Shown here: one piece after another, positions 1 to 14,700 of the stretch
Position numbering within the stretch: position 1 is the stretch's first letter
How the letters are laid out: every line of letters starts with the position of its first letter
Origin: Lophium mytilinum
Lineage: Eukaryota
Reading direction: 5' to 3'
Length of the DNA stretch: 64,000 nt
Assembly (NCBI GenBank): GCA_010093605.1
Contig: MU004182.1
Span: forward strand, 1,907,195-1,971,194
The notes under the pieces: generated by a model
The model's input: the letters and a program-made list of their open reading frames with translations, nothing else
Database searches by the model: none
What the model was told of the DNA's origin: nothing
Position numbers and translations under genes: made by a program

Positions 1-3000
1 AATTTTTAGCCTAATACTAAACTATCTAGATCTTACACTAATAACTTAATAAATGCTAGGTTACTATTAATATAAAGGGGCTTTAGTTTCTTCTTAAGAA
101 AAGAGGCAGTATAGGTATCCTATTAATTACTATAAAATAGTTACCGCTAAAGTAGCTAATTTAGTTATATAGACGCAATAAGAGTCTAGTCTTAGTACTC
201 TATTATCTAAATACGTATATAAACTAATTCTAACTTTACCTTTTCTACCTCTTCTATATCCTAAGAATTGTTAAACTATTATATTATTAGATAAATAAGG
301 CTAGTCTCTAATACCTAATAACCTTAAGCTAGACTCTAGAAGTAAGCTTATATAGGGCCTTAATATTAGCGCCTATAAATATAATACGCTATATACCGCA
401 ATAGAGACTAAAATAAGGTTAGTAGACCTACTAGGCGGATTTCTCCGCTTAAAGATAATTAGGGGGATAGTATAATCTATAATAATAGATATTATAAAGA
501 AGTTCTCTAAGATACTTTTACGCGTTCTACTTAAAGAAGAATATAAGTAGATATTAAAACTTATATAGTAATATAACTATAATAAAAAAAGATAAGATTA
601 TATTAATGTATCTTATTATTCTAATTCTATAGATACTCCGCCTGCTAAATAAAATAGAACTTTACTATACTCTAAATGCTACTGCAGTTTAGTATATATA
701 GAAATAAAGTTAATATTAGTAAAGTAGCTAGGTAGTAAGGCCGCCCGCATTATACTAGTATATAAACTTGCACTATCTATACTACTAAAGAGTGTGCTAG
801 TAATACCGGCCCCTAAATTTAGTATACTTATTACTAGGTTAAATATAATATTTAGTCTTAATATAGAACGTAAAACTATATATTACTATATTATAGATAA
901 TCTTAAGTTTCTAGTTAAGAATAAGGTAGACTAGTATATAGTAATAGTGTATTAGAGTTTATTAAGAGAACTAGACTATATTACCCTAATTATTAAGCCT
1001 TAGCTAAATAGTATATTAGATATATGCGATAATTTTAATTAATATAGCTAACGTAGATAGATAATACCCCCGCACCTATCTACTCTAGCTAGTACTATAC
1101 TATTCTTCTACCTATACCTATATTAGCCTCTACTAGTTATAAATGCCTGCATAATAAGATAAATAAGTAAGAAATTAGAGCTATAGAAAAAGTTAAAAAG
1201 AATATAAGAGTTATATAAGAAATAAGAGTATAGAACTATAAAAGGTAGAGAACTTAAATAGTATAAGAGTCTATATACCTAGCTAATCTAATTTATAATT
1301 AGACTATTCTATAGCCCGCCTTACTAAGGGAACTAGACTAGGACTATACTACCCTAAGGCGGGGCCTTATTATAACCTTATACTATCTTACTAGACTAGA
1401 ATATAGATAGCTTAATATTTCTATATATAGGTAGTATAGAGTTATCTAAACTATAGCTATTATTAAAACTAGAAGTATAGCTATACAGCTAAATATTCTA
1501 ACCGGGTATATAGATCCTATAGGGGGGGAATTCGCTACTAGTAGACTACCCTTCTATTCTTCTATCTAGAAACCTCTCTACTATAGAGAAGTACCCTATA
1601 ATATAGTATATAACCGCTTATAGCATAGTAACTAATAAAGGGCTAGAATTATAGAAAGAAGGCCTAAATAGTAGTAAAGAGGGTGTTTTAGGCTAAGAGA
1701 GAGAAGAATATAATAGCTTAAGATTGCGTAATTTAGTTAGTAAAGGTAGAGGCGTTTATTATAGATAATATAGAAGAGGGATATATACTATAGCTAGAGA
1801 AGATAGCTAGCGGGTTATTTGCGCCTAAGTAGGTTATCTAACCGGGGATAAAGTTAGTAATAAGGGGACGGCTGCGTATTATAATATTAATACCTCTATT
1901 AGGGCCTCTAACTTAGCTAGCTATCTATCTAATAATATAGAATATAAAGTCTATAATCTCTTAACTAACTACTATTCTAATAGTGTAGAAGATGCTATTT
2001 AGGAATAATAGCGGGAGGTAGTAGCGCGCGTGCAGTAATTAGTAGAAGTTAATATAAGTGCATAAGTATAAGCTCTAGTCTAAGGTAATATAATAGAAAA
2101 GATAATTACGTAGATAGAAGTATTTAATTATATAGAATAATAGGGCTTTATTAAGGGGGGGATAGAGAAGAGGTATATAACTAGCTAAAGACGCTAAGTT
2201 AATATATATAGACTATATCCGGCTAGCTCTATTATATTCTATTATAATAAACGCGCAACTTACTCCCCTTTTATTTTCTTCTCTCTACGCTACTTAATTA
2301 TAATCTACTTTACTTCTCTTTATAGTTATTATTCTTGCACTCTACCTTAAGAAATAGAATATTCTTTTACTATACGCCCCCTATCTATTATTTAGTAAGG
2401 CTTAATATTACCTACTTAAATATAGTAAAAGGTAATATAGAACTATCTCTCTTTACCCTAAATAGGGACTTACTATATAACTTAAATATACTATACTATA
2501 TACTCTATCTATAGTATACATTAATATATATATAGCTAAGGTATATAACTATAAATAGTAAAGAAGTAAAAATACGCTGCCTTAAAACTAATTAACACGG
2601 TAACGCGCCTAGCTCCCTTAACTCTAACGCCTGCTAACTAATAATAAATATATAGAACTTAATAAGTAAAAGAGAATATACTACTAGAATATTCTAAGAT
2701 AGTAATACTATATTATCTCGGCCGTCTAGCCGCACCTTATCTCTTACTAGAAAGAGAAAACGCGGTATAGAGAATAAGGATAGGCACGCGCCTATTTCTT
2801 AATCTAGTAATACTAACTTCCGCGTGTAAATAGACTTTAAGCGTAAGATTAGCTTATATATATATTATAGCTACTCTACTAAGTAGTGCATGCTAATAAA
2901 TATCTATTAGGGTGCCGCCGTAGTCTAAGATAAGATAGCGGCTAGAATAGAAGCCCGCAGGGCTATTAACTAAATAACTAGGTCTAATACCTTTATATTA

Positions 3001-6000
3001 AGTAGTCTACTATTCTTCTCTTCTACTAGCCGCTTCTTAGGCACGGGTAGAGGCATACCTGTTTATAACTATATTAGCTCCCTTAGTATAAAATAACGCA
3101 GTAAAATAATTTAGATATAGAATAGTATAGATAGGTATACTAAAGTACTAACTATAGAGGTAAAATATATAGTAGTAGAAAAATAAATAAAATACTAGAT
3201 ACTTAAAAGTATAGTATTAGGTACTAATATAATTAGGAAATATAGTAATAACCTTATAGCCTAGACTAAGAGTATTAGGCTAGATATATTTTAGTAAGTA
3301 CTAATATAAATATAGGTAGATATCTATAAAGACTAACTATTCTATATTTATACTAATATCCCTACTACTCTAGACCCTTTTTACGCGTAGAAGGTGCGTT
3401 ACCCTCTCTCTACTTCTATAACCTTATATAATAGCTAATTATAATATATAACCTAGATTTATAATACTTTTAGTTATTTCTATAATACTATAATAAAGGT
3501 TACTTATAATATTATATAAGAATACTATAGTCTTAGTTCTATAACTCTAGATATTGCCGGCACTACATTAACGCTAATAAAGAATTAGAACTATCTCTTT
3601 AGGGTAGATAAAGACTAAGCTAAGGTTAGTTACTAACCTAGTATTAGATAGTATTCTAATAGATTATAGGGGCCACCGGCAATCTTTATAGCTAAGGCTA
3701 TCTAGATAGTAGTTATAAATCTACTCTTTATAGAATAGTCTATAAACGCCTTAGAAATATAAAGATACTTAAAAGAGTTTTTTAACCCCTTCTTAGGCAA
3801 TACTATTATATATATATATACTTGCCTCTACTACACTATTAGTAAATATACCTTAGGCTAGAAGCGCATAAACCTAATTTACGGGGTTACCGCTACTAGT
3901 ATTAACTACCGCCCCCCTTATATAAGACTATGCTAACTATAAGCTAGGGTAGTAAATTATAATAAATATCTCGCCTAATAGCGGGTACTTAGCTTATGCT
4001 ATAAGCACTAACTATTATTCTACTAGCAAGAATTTATTATAAAATAGGTAGGTTAGTATATAAACTATAAAGAAGATAATAATAAGAATATATATAATAA
4101 CCCTAACCGCTATAATATATTAGATTTAACTAAAGATATAACACTAGAATAATAATAGGCCTTTACTATAAGGGTGGCGAGAATAGAAGTAAAGAAGCAG
4201 AATTAGCAGTAGAACCTTATTAACTAATATAAGAAGATATATGCGCTAATAAAGCGTATTAAGAGTAAAGTATAACTATTTAACTCTAGGTACTTATTCT
4301 TACTATATTTAATTCTATCTAGCCCCCCTTTTAGGGATACTTTATTAGATATTATAGATAGTATAGGTAATTATATAAGGTAGAGAGCTAAAGTATAATA
4401 TACTAATTATATTAACTATAGAATAATAAGATTAATAATATAGAGCCCCTTACTAACAACAACTTATACTACTTAGCTCTAATTTATAGGGAGGCTAAGA
4501 AGAGTATTAAGATAAAGGACTGCTAGAAGCGGTGCCCTCTTAATCTCTTATTTATATAATTTAGGCAGCGGTTCTATATAAAGAAAGATAAATATAGCTA
4601 GTATAAAAATAATACTATAATTATGTCTAATAAGGACTAATATTAAAAGTTTATAGCTGCCTGCGTTAAGGCACAGGATTCTAGAGAAGAAAGCCTGCGG
4701 CTAGTTATTAAGTTGCTTAAGAGTATTAGGGATAAGGAATAGTAGTATAGAATTAGTAAATAGAGTATAAGTAGACTCTATCTTATACTTAGTATTATCT
4801 TTCTATTTTATAATATATATACCGCAATTAGATGTATTTTAAATTACTATATAGTCTACTATTTAATACGCAACGTATATATTATATACTATTTCCTAGC
4901 CTAGATATCTAGCGCACGTGTTACTAGCTCTAATAGTCTACTAGGATATTAAAATTATTAAGGTTAGTAATAGTTACGTAATTCTTAGAAATATATATAG
5001 GTATTACTATCTATATAATATATAAAGTCTATAATATATATAAAGTTGCTATAGACTATAAAGCCCTAGCAGAGGTAGTAAAAAGAAATAACTAGATATA
5101 CTAGTGCAACTTTAAATTTCCTACTATATGCGATAATTATGTATTTAGTATATAAGGCCCTATCTACGTTATTATCTATCTATCTATAATCTAGGCGGAT
5201 TAGGCGGTTTTAGAAGGTTAGATAGAGAAGATAGATAGCTATATTTATAAAAACTATAAAGTAGTTATTAACTATAATAATTGCCTATAATACTAGATTA
5301 TCTATAATTAAGAATTATCTACGCAGCCTGCGCGCAAATTTTATATAAGAAGTAGGTAAACTTTTATAGAGTAGCGTAAAGCCCGCAGAGCGGTAAAATA
5401 TATAGTCTTCTAGAAGGTTATATAAGTAACTAGTATTCTCTACGCGTTTCTTAATTTAGAAATTCCTAATAATAGCGCCTTAGTTCTAGTATAATCTTTT
5501 ATATATATAGCTCTTAATCTTTCTAACTACTATACGCAACTATATATCTATATTCTCTACTAGCTTTTAACTCTATTCTAACTACTACTTCTCTAGCTCT
5601 ACTTTCCTTAGAAAATAAGCGGGCGGATAGAATATATACTCTATTACCGGCGCTAGATATACTTTAATCTAGTATTATAGGGATAATCTAGCCCTTATAT
5701 ATACTAGTAATAGACAACTATCTACTATATAATAACGCGGTAGAGAGAGGGAAAATAAAGCTACCTCTACTTTAATATCTCTAACTCTCCTTATAGCACT
5801 ATGCAAGATTATCTAGAATTATATAAGATTATCTATAATTATTATAGCATGCCCCCTATATTCTTGTATTTTAAAAGAGACTCTAGCCTATTTCTTTAAG
5901 TATATTTTAGGTTCTATAACTGCCCCGCTAGATAGAGAGTATATATTTTTATTACCTTTTAGTATATAAGTATACTATAGGCTAGGTTATAAAATAATAG

Positions 6001-6893
6001 TATTCTAACTCTTAAGGTTAAAAGTGCAATAGAAGAGACTATAAATAGAGAAGCAGCAATCTAAAATATAGGTAGAAGGAGTAAAGCGTACTAATATAGA
6101 GGGAAACAAGAGATATAAAAGAAGTAAATAGAAAGAAAAAGCTATAGAGGCGGTGGCGTTATAGCTATAATACTAGAGGCTATTCTATAATATAAATATA
6201 AGAGACTACTACTAGAGCTTATATTAGTAGTAAAATAGTTATATACTTTTTATTATTTATAGATAGTTATATACTACGGCCTAACTCTTAAATAATAGGT
6301 CTTAGTAGTAATATAGTAAGAGTCTACCTAAGAATATATTAAGTATTCTAATTATAATTTATAAGCTAGACCTAGCGCTAAATTATAGAATAGATAGATT
6401 ATATCTTTTCTACCTATTCTCTATATATCTATTAAATCCACTTTTTAACTACTATAGCTCTAACTTTACTATACTAACTATTTATAGAATAAAGATTAGA
6501 CGTTCTAGCCTAAGTACTTACTATCTCTACTTACTTCTACCCCCGCCTTATACTACTATAGAGAGAGAAGAGCGGTAAATAGAATTATTTTATAGTAGAA
6601 TATAGGCGGCATTATATACGGGGCACGTATATATTAGCTCTAGTACCGCTAAGGCTAATTAGGTAAAAGACACTATAGAACTAAATTATTAATAGTTTAA
6701 AATAATAGATAATAATTAAGTATTATTAGGCTGCATAGTATATAGGTAAACTACTACTAGTCTATATAGTAATATTACCTGCGCTAGTAGTTTATATAGA
6801 CGTTGCGTAATTTACGCGGTTTGCTGGAAGTTTACGCCGTTTACTGCCGAGCACTAATAGCCCTAACTTTTACAGTTTTAGGTTTTTCTAATA
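1..6893. mobile_element. RIP-degraded repeat block, unclassified (probably a large mobile element or duplicated segment), right end at about 6893
   Basis: Extreme TpA excess and CpA/TpG depletion, no long ORFs. No RT, integrase or transposase motif could be read with confidence. Homology to the Gypsy gag region begins abruptly at 6894. Confidence 0.55.
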
Positions 6894-9800
6894 TTCTAAT
6901 ATAATAACTCTAATAAAATTAGAACTACTAAAAATAAGCTTTATAAGCTTATCTAGACTAATAGTATAATACCTAATTATATATAGAAGCTAATAAAGTT
7001 ATATATAATCTATCTTCTAGGCTATAAAGGCTATAATAATATCTATAACCTTAAGTAGAAACTCTATCTAGATATTATTACCGGCGCTATTTTAGGTAAA
7101 GGCTTTACTACTAGCCTATAGTATATTAACGCTGCGCGTAAATAGCTCTATAATAATAGTATTAATAAGAACGCGCAACCTACTAACTATAGCTTTAGAA
7201 ACTTTAACTATAACTAGCCCTAAGACTTTAATTATAATAGTTATAACTATAATAACTATAACTACTATAATAGTAATTACTATAACTATAACTATAATTA
7301 TAACTATATCTATACTCTACACCCCTTAACTATAGCTACTATCTCTATAGCCTAAGAAGATATTAAGATTACCCCTTCTTTTAACTAGGTACCCCCTAAT
7401 AAGCTCTATAAAGGCGATAGAGAAGCACTTATAAAAGATAGTAAATACTTCTACTACTATCTTTCTAAGTACTTTATGTAAAACCTATACTATTCTATAA
7501 ACTAACTTAATAAACTAGGCTTTACTACTTATTAGATAGATTTATCCTTAGTACCCCGCCTTAATAACCGTGCCGCCTGCGTTAAAGAACTCTTAGATAA
7601 TAATAATAATAGTTTTAATAACTATAAAACCCTTAATAATAAATATAGCTCTAATTACTCTAAAGGTAAAAGTTTTAAGGGAAAAGTAAAATTATAGACT
7701 ATAGTTGCGGTCTATAATATAATAAGAACTTAGTTATATAGAATCTTTAATATAGATAGCTTATTATTTTAGTAGCCTCTCTTAGTAAAACTTAATAGAA
7801 ACTATTTTAAAATAAAGATAGAGGATTTAATATTAAGTAGGTAAATAATATAGTTCTTTTAGTAATAGTATAAACCTATAAGAAAGAATAACCCGTAGAA
7901 ATAATAAAAATTAATTCTTATCTTAATTATAGAGCTACTAATTTATTTACTAGTACTAAGTTTACGCACCTAGTAAATCTACCTCTAAAACCCCTTAAAA
8001 AAGCCTAAGTTCTTAAACTAGCTAATAGATTAGCTATTATCTAAAAAGTAATATATAAAGCCCTCCTTAATATAGATATAAATAGCTATTAGAGCTATTA
8101 CTAGGCTTATATTACTAACCTAGAAGACTATAATATTATTATAGAACTTAACTAGCTCTAAGAATATAACCTAGCTATTAATTAGAAAGCTAGACGCTTA
8201 GATTTTATATATTCTTACTATAAGCCCTATAAGAACTATATATATTATTTTAACTATAACTCTATTACTATCTAGGTAAATAGTATGCATTCTTATAATA
8301 TACCTAATAATTACTATAACCTAATAGATTAGAAATCTATTAGCGTAGACGCCTACCTATAAATAGCCTCTATTACTAAGTATAAAGAATAGAAACTTAA
8401 GTAGATTTCTTGCTATATTCTAGAGACTCTAGAAAATAAGAATAAGAATTTTATTATAGCTTATAATAGCTTATAAGTTCTTGCCTTCTATATAGGTAAT
8501 AATATTCCGCTTAAAGTATATAAAATATTAGCTAAAGATATTAATAAGTTTATATATACTAAGAAGTACCTCTTTTAAGAAGAGATAGAATAATAGCTTC
8601 TAAAATGCCTACACCGCTATATTTATATATTTAACTAAGTTAAGGCTAATATACTATCTCTATACTAACCCGGAATTAATTACAAGATTAATCTAATAGA
8701 AGGAGCCGGTAAACTACCTAAGGCTAGGCTATATACTATATTAAAAGAAGAACTTAAAGTTATAAAGAAATAGATTAATAATAACCTAGATAAAGAATTT
8801 ATCTATAAGTTATAATTCTCTATATTCTCCCCTATACTTCTTATCTAAAAGCTAGAAGAGGGTGTTTATTTCTATATTAACTATAGAGCTATTAATACTA
8901 TAATAGTTAAGATAAGATATCTACTACTATTTATTTAAGAAATACTCTAAAAGCTTAGTAATGCTAAATAGTATTCTAAACTAGATATTATTTCCGCATT
9001 TAATTAAATTTAAATATAGAAGAAAGATATAGGTCTTACGGCCTTCTCTATATAATAGAGATAATATAAATCTATTATTATACCCTTTAGCGTTATAGAA
9101 GGCTCTAGATAATTCTAATTCTTTATTAATTAGATACTATATAACTATCTAGATAATTTCTATTTAGCCTATATAGATAATATTCTAGTCTATATAAATA
9201 GTACTAAAAAAGAATATAAAAAGTATATTATAAAGGTACTAAAAAGGCTTAATAAAGCTAGCCTTAACTATAACTTTACTAAATATAAATTTAATAAGAC
9301 TAAGATTAAATACTTAGGCCTTATTATTATAATAGAGGGCGTCTATATAGATATAGATAAGGTTACTACTATTATTAACTAGAAAACTTCTATATACCTA
9401 CGCGATATATAAGCCTTTATAGAATTTACTAATTTCTACTAATACTTTATATACGCATTCTTCTATATAGTCTTACTACTTACGTCTATAATAAAGATAA
9501 CTAACGGGAAGAAGATAAAGCTTAAAGCTTAATTTATCTAGAATAAAGAATATAAATAAGTGTTTTAGGCGCTAAAAGCGGTATTTACTACTATACCTAT
9601 CCTCTACTATTTCTAATATAGTAAAAAGGTCTATATTAAGACTAACACTTTAAACTATATTATTACTAGTATTATATTATAAAAAGGCAAAGATAGCCTA
9701 CTTTATTCTATTACCTTCTTCTTCTCTAAAATAAACCTCTAAAAGTGTAATTATAAGATCTATAATAAAGAATTACTTACTATTATTAAAGCCTTTAAAG

Positions 9801-11483
9801 AATAGAGGCCTAAATTAGCTAGTACTAATCTAGATAACTCTACTAATATACTTATAAATTATTATAACCTAGAATACTTTATATCTATAAAACACCTTAA
9901 CCGCCGCTAGGCCCGCTAGGCCGGTTTCCTTACTAGTTTTAACTTTAAAATTATCTACTAACTAGGTATCTTAGAAGGAAAGCTAGATAGCCTTACTAGA
10001 TAATTATAAGATCTTTCTATAGACCTAAATAACCTATAATATTAATTCTAATATTAAATAGTTCTTAAATTATAAAACCTAGGCCCGGGCGTTATACTAA
10101 CCTATTTACTAAAAAACATTAAATTAAGCTTATCTAATAATAGCCTAGGCCGCATACTAAATCTAATTAGGCTACTTCCCTACTATAAAGAGTTAGACCC
10201 GTTAATAACTATAGAGTTACTACTATTAAAAATATACTTTTAATTTCTTCTTGCACCTATACGGCTGCGCAGTTACGCGTATAATAATAACGATATTAAC
10301 TCTAACCCTAACTCTAACTCTAATTCTTCTCTTGCGGCTAATTCTTTTAAGAATAATAATAATCTTTATATAGAACCTAATCTAGTTTAGTAATATATAC
10401 TTACTAATCTATTTAATAAAGGCTACTCTAGCTAGCTATCTAAACTACTCTTTAACTCTATACTCTATAAACTTATTACCCTTATATATAATAATAAGCG
10501 CGTACTTTCTTAATCTCTATATAATATTATTAGTAATCTAGATATCTTAGAATTTAAAATCTGCTATAACTAATTATACTATTACGGCTAGTTATATATA
10601 TCTGCGTATAATAATTTACGCCTTAAGCTTCTATAGCTTACCTATAATACTACTATTAGTAGATACTTAGAAAAGCATAGTATATATAAACTTATCTAAT
10701 ATTACTACTTCTAGCTAGGTATATATAATTTAGTTAAAAACTATACTAGCGCCTACTATAGTTATAAATAATTAAAGGCCTTCTATAATAAGAAATAAGA
10801 TCTCCTATATTCTCTTAATATACTAGAATAGCGCTAGACTAATATTATAATAGACTTTATTATAGAGCTCCCTTTCTATAAGTATAATAGCTAAGTCTAT
10901 ACTAAGATTCTTATTATTATCTACTACGTAAGTAAAGAATATTACTATATTTCTATAAGCGGCACCTCTATTTATAATATTATTAATATCTTTCTCTATA
11001 AGATCTACCGCCTTTATAGCCTCCCCTATACTATTATTAGTAATTATAATCTATAATTTATTTTAGATATTTAGAAATATATTTATAAGTATATTAGTAT
11101 CTATTAGAATATTTCTATAGTAGCCTACCTAGAAACTAATAGATAAATAGAAAATATAAACGCTATTATAAAGGCCTATCTTAGGTAATTTATTAATTAC
11201 TACTAGAATAACTAGGTTAACTACTTACCTATTAGTAAGTTCTTAGTAAATAACTAAGTTAATACTTCTACTATAATAATACTATTCTTTATTAATAAGG
11301 GTTTTTACCTATATTCTAGGCTTAAGCCTCTACTAGGCGTAATAAATAATATTATACTAGACTCTCTACCTACACCTACTCTTAGTATTAATACTACTAT
11401 CTATTACTATTAGCTTAAAGGTAATATATATATTAACTAGATAAAGAATATTCTAAATAAATATAAGGCTATAATAACTTAGA

Positions 11484-11725
11484 TATAATAGATTATACTC
11501 TACCCTCTAGTTATATATTTATCTATTACCGGCCTTCTATCTCTATATCTATTATATTACCTAGCGCTATCTATATACTAGCCCGCCTAGCGCCTACGCG
11601 CCTCTCTTCTCTATATATATAGTTTCTACCTAGAAGCCTCTCTTTCTACTTCTTATATAACCTCTTAAAATTAATCTATCTAGTTACCTTATACTACTAA
11701 GCTCCTCTATACTATAACTATAATA
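11484..11725 (+). repeat. 5' LTR of inner Gypsy
   Basis: Matches 19310-19551 and 20566-20814 mainly with transition differences. RIP'd TG...CA termini read TATAAT...TAATA. Confidence 0.9.
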
Positions 11726-14700
11726 TTAAATTATATTTAATACTCTAACTAGCACTAATTCTTTTTTACTATTACTACTTTAACTCTTAAACCTTAATTC
11801 TTATTTACTAAGCTATCTAATAGCTTAGTAAGTATACCTATATAACTATATATATAATACTAAAGAGTATATAGCTATAATATTTTACCTTACTAAGTAC
11901 TATTACTATATTCTTTATAATAAGTAATCTACCGCCTCTACTAGGCGCTAGAATAGAATCTAGATACTCTAGGCGTAGTAGCTTATAACTAGCCTTCTAC
12001 TTTCTACTACTATCTTATTTATAGTCTTGCGCGCTCTCTAAGTCTTCTTATAAGACTCTAAAGAGCGCACCCCTCTAAAAGCTAGCTAAAGAAGATACCT
12101 AGTAGTCTATCTAAGAAGATACCTAGTAGCCTACTTAAGAAGATACCTAGTAGTCTACCTAAATAGTGCGCATAGACACTTAGCTAACCTAAGAGAAAGA
12201 GAATTAGCTTACCTAGAATAAAGATACTACTAAAGATAATTATAACTCTATATATACTCTAGACCTAATAGTCTATAGCTCTATTATTAAGTACTATACT
12301 CCTAGCTATAGCTATAACCTAGGCACGTTTCTTAACTCTATTAATAATGTTACTAAGTTCTTAGACTATTTACTTCTGCCTGGTAATAAATAGTTTAACA
12401 GCCTAATTAAGATTATAGATTCTTAGGACTTTCTTATACAAGTTTAAGCTAATTTTATCTACTTTTTCTATATTCTTAGAAGCTATTAAGCTATAACTAA
12501 GATTCTTTAGTAAATATATAAGGATAACTAGAAAGCGTAGTATAAACTCTAAGATAAAATTAGAGTTCTTAAAGATAAATATAATAAAAAGAATAATAAG
12601 TTAGAAGCTATATATAAGAAACTTAAGCGCCTACTTAATATTAAAACTAAACTAGAAGAATATAAGAATAAACTTTATATCTATAAAGATAAAATTGCCT
12701 CTCTCTAATTAGATATTAAGGCCTAATAAAAGAACTATATTTAAGCTAATAAATAGTCTATAGAATAAGGAAAGATTATTAAGCGCCTTATAGCTAACCT
12801 TACTTAAGCTACTAAGAATAAGTATAAGTATAACACGCGTCTTACTACTTTAGAAGATAAAATTAGAATACTATATATACTCTAGCGCACTTCTATACCT
12901 ATGCTAACTATATAAGCTGCTTCTATAATAGCTATAGTAAACTATTAAAGCTATTCTATTATACTATAACTACCTATTAACTCTATTACTATAGTAGTAG
13001 AAGATCTGCTCGCCTCCCTTAATAGAGTAATTAAATTAAAAGAAGCATAAGCTAATAATAGCTTTTTAGTAGGTTATAACTATAATACTAATTAACTTTA
13101 TTACACTATAGAGCACGTAAGTAATAAAAATTAAGCTTACCGCACTATAGAATATGTACGCGGTTACTATAACTCTAGCCCGCTCTTATCTAATAATAGA
13201 AGCCCCCCTTATTACTGCAATTATATATATAGCCTATCTTATTATTATAACTACTTCTATAAGTATTACTTTTATTAATACTTATACTTACGCTTATACT
13301 TACACTTATATTTATAAAATGTAAGCTATCTATATTACTATTACTAAGACCCCTATATTAAAATATCTAAAGATTATTAGAACCTTAGTATTACTCTAAA
13401 TAGGGTCCCTTATATAGAAGATAAGTTCTAGCCCTATCTAGATAAGTTTAGAGGTAATAAAGATAAGTACCCTAAGTTTTATTATAGATTCCTAAATAAA
13501 GTTAACTATAGTAGCTATACTATAAGATCTAGTAAACCCTTATACCTTATCTACCTTAGTAAGTAACTTATAGGTATACCCTTTAAAGGCTTCCGCGCCT
13601 AGTAAGATAGCTACTAGCCCTTTCTTACTATCTAAGAAGCTATTATATTCTTAGACTTCTAATATAATAACTTTAATAAGATTAGAACTACTAAGAATAA
13701 GCTTTATAAGCTTATCTAAACTAGTAGTATAATATTTAATTATATATAGAAGCTAATAAAGTTATATATAATCTACCTTCTAGACTATAGGGGCTATAAT
13801 AATATCTATAACCTTAAGTAGAAACTCTACCTAGATATTATTACTAGAGCTATTTTAGGTAAAGGCTTTACTACTAGCCTATAGTATATTAACGCTGCAC
13901 GCAAATAGCTCTATAATAATAGTATTAATAAGAACGCGCAGCCTACTAACTATAGCTTTAGAAACTTTAACTGTAACTAACTCTAAGGCTTTAATCGCGA
14001 TAGTTATAACTATAATAACTGCAACTGTAATAACTATAATTACTATAATAGTAATTACTATAACTATAATTATAATTATAACTATAACTATACTCTACGC
14101 CTTTTAACTATAGCTACCGCCTCTATAACTTAAGAAGATATTAAGATTACTCTACCTTCTAACTAGATTCCTTCTAATAAACTCTATAAAGGTAATAGAG
14201 AAGCGCTTATAAAAGATAGTAAGTATTTCTACTACTATCTTTCTAAGTACTTTACCTAAAACCTATACTACTCTATAAATTAACTTAATAAACTAGACTT
14301 TACTACTTATTAGATAGATTTACCCTTAATACCCCGCCTTAATAATCGCGCCGCCTATATTAAAGAACTCTTAGATAATAATAATAATAGCTTTAATAAC
14401 TATAAAACCCTTAATAATAAGCGCGGTTCTAGTTACTCTAAAGGTAAGAGTAAGGGAAAAGTAAGGTTATAGACTATAGTTGCGGTTTATAATATAATAA
14501 GAACTTAGTTATAGAGAATTTTTAATACTAAAGGCTTATTATTTTAGCAGCCTCTCTTAGTAAAGCTTAATAGAAACTATTTTAAAATAAAGATAGAGAA
14601 TTTAATATTAAGTAGGTAAATAATATAGTTCTTTTAGTAATAGTATAAACCTATAAGAAAGGATAATCTATAGAAATAATAAAAATTAATTCTTATTTTA

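Noticed and set aside
7229..7310. (AACTAT)n-like short repeats, also at about 13995-14090, as a satellite or CRISPR-like array
   Set aside because: These are RIP'd low-complexity coding repeats in Gypsy gag with no repeat-spacer structure, in a eukaryotic context.
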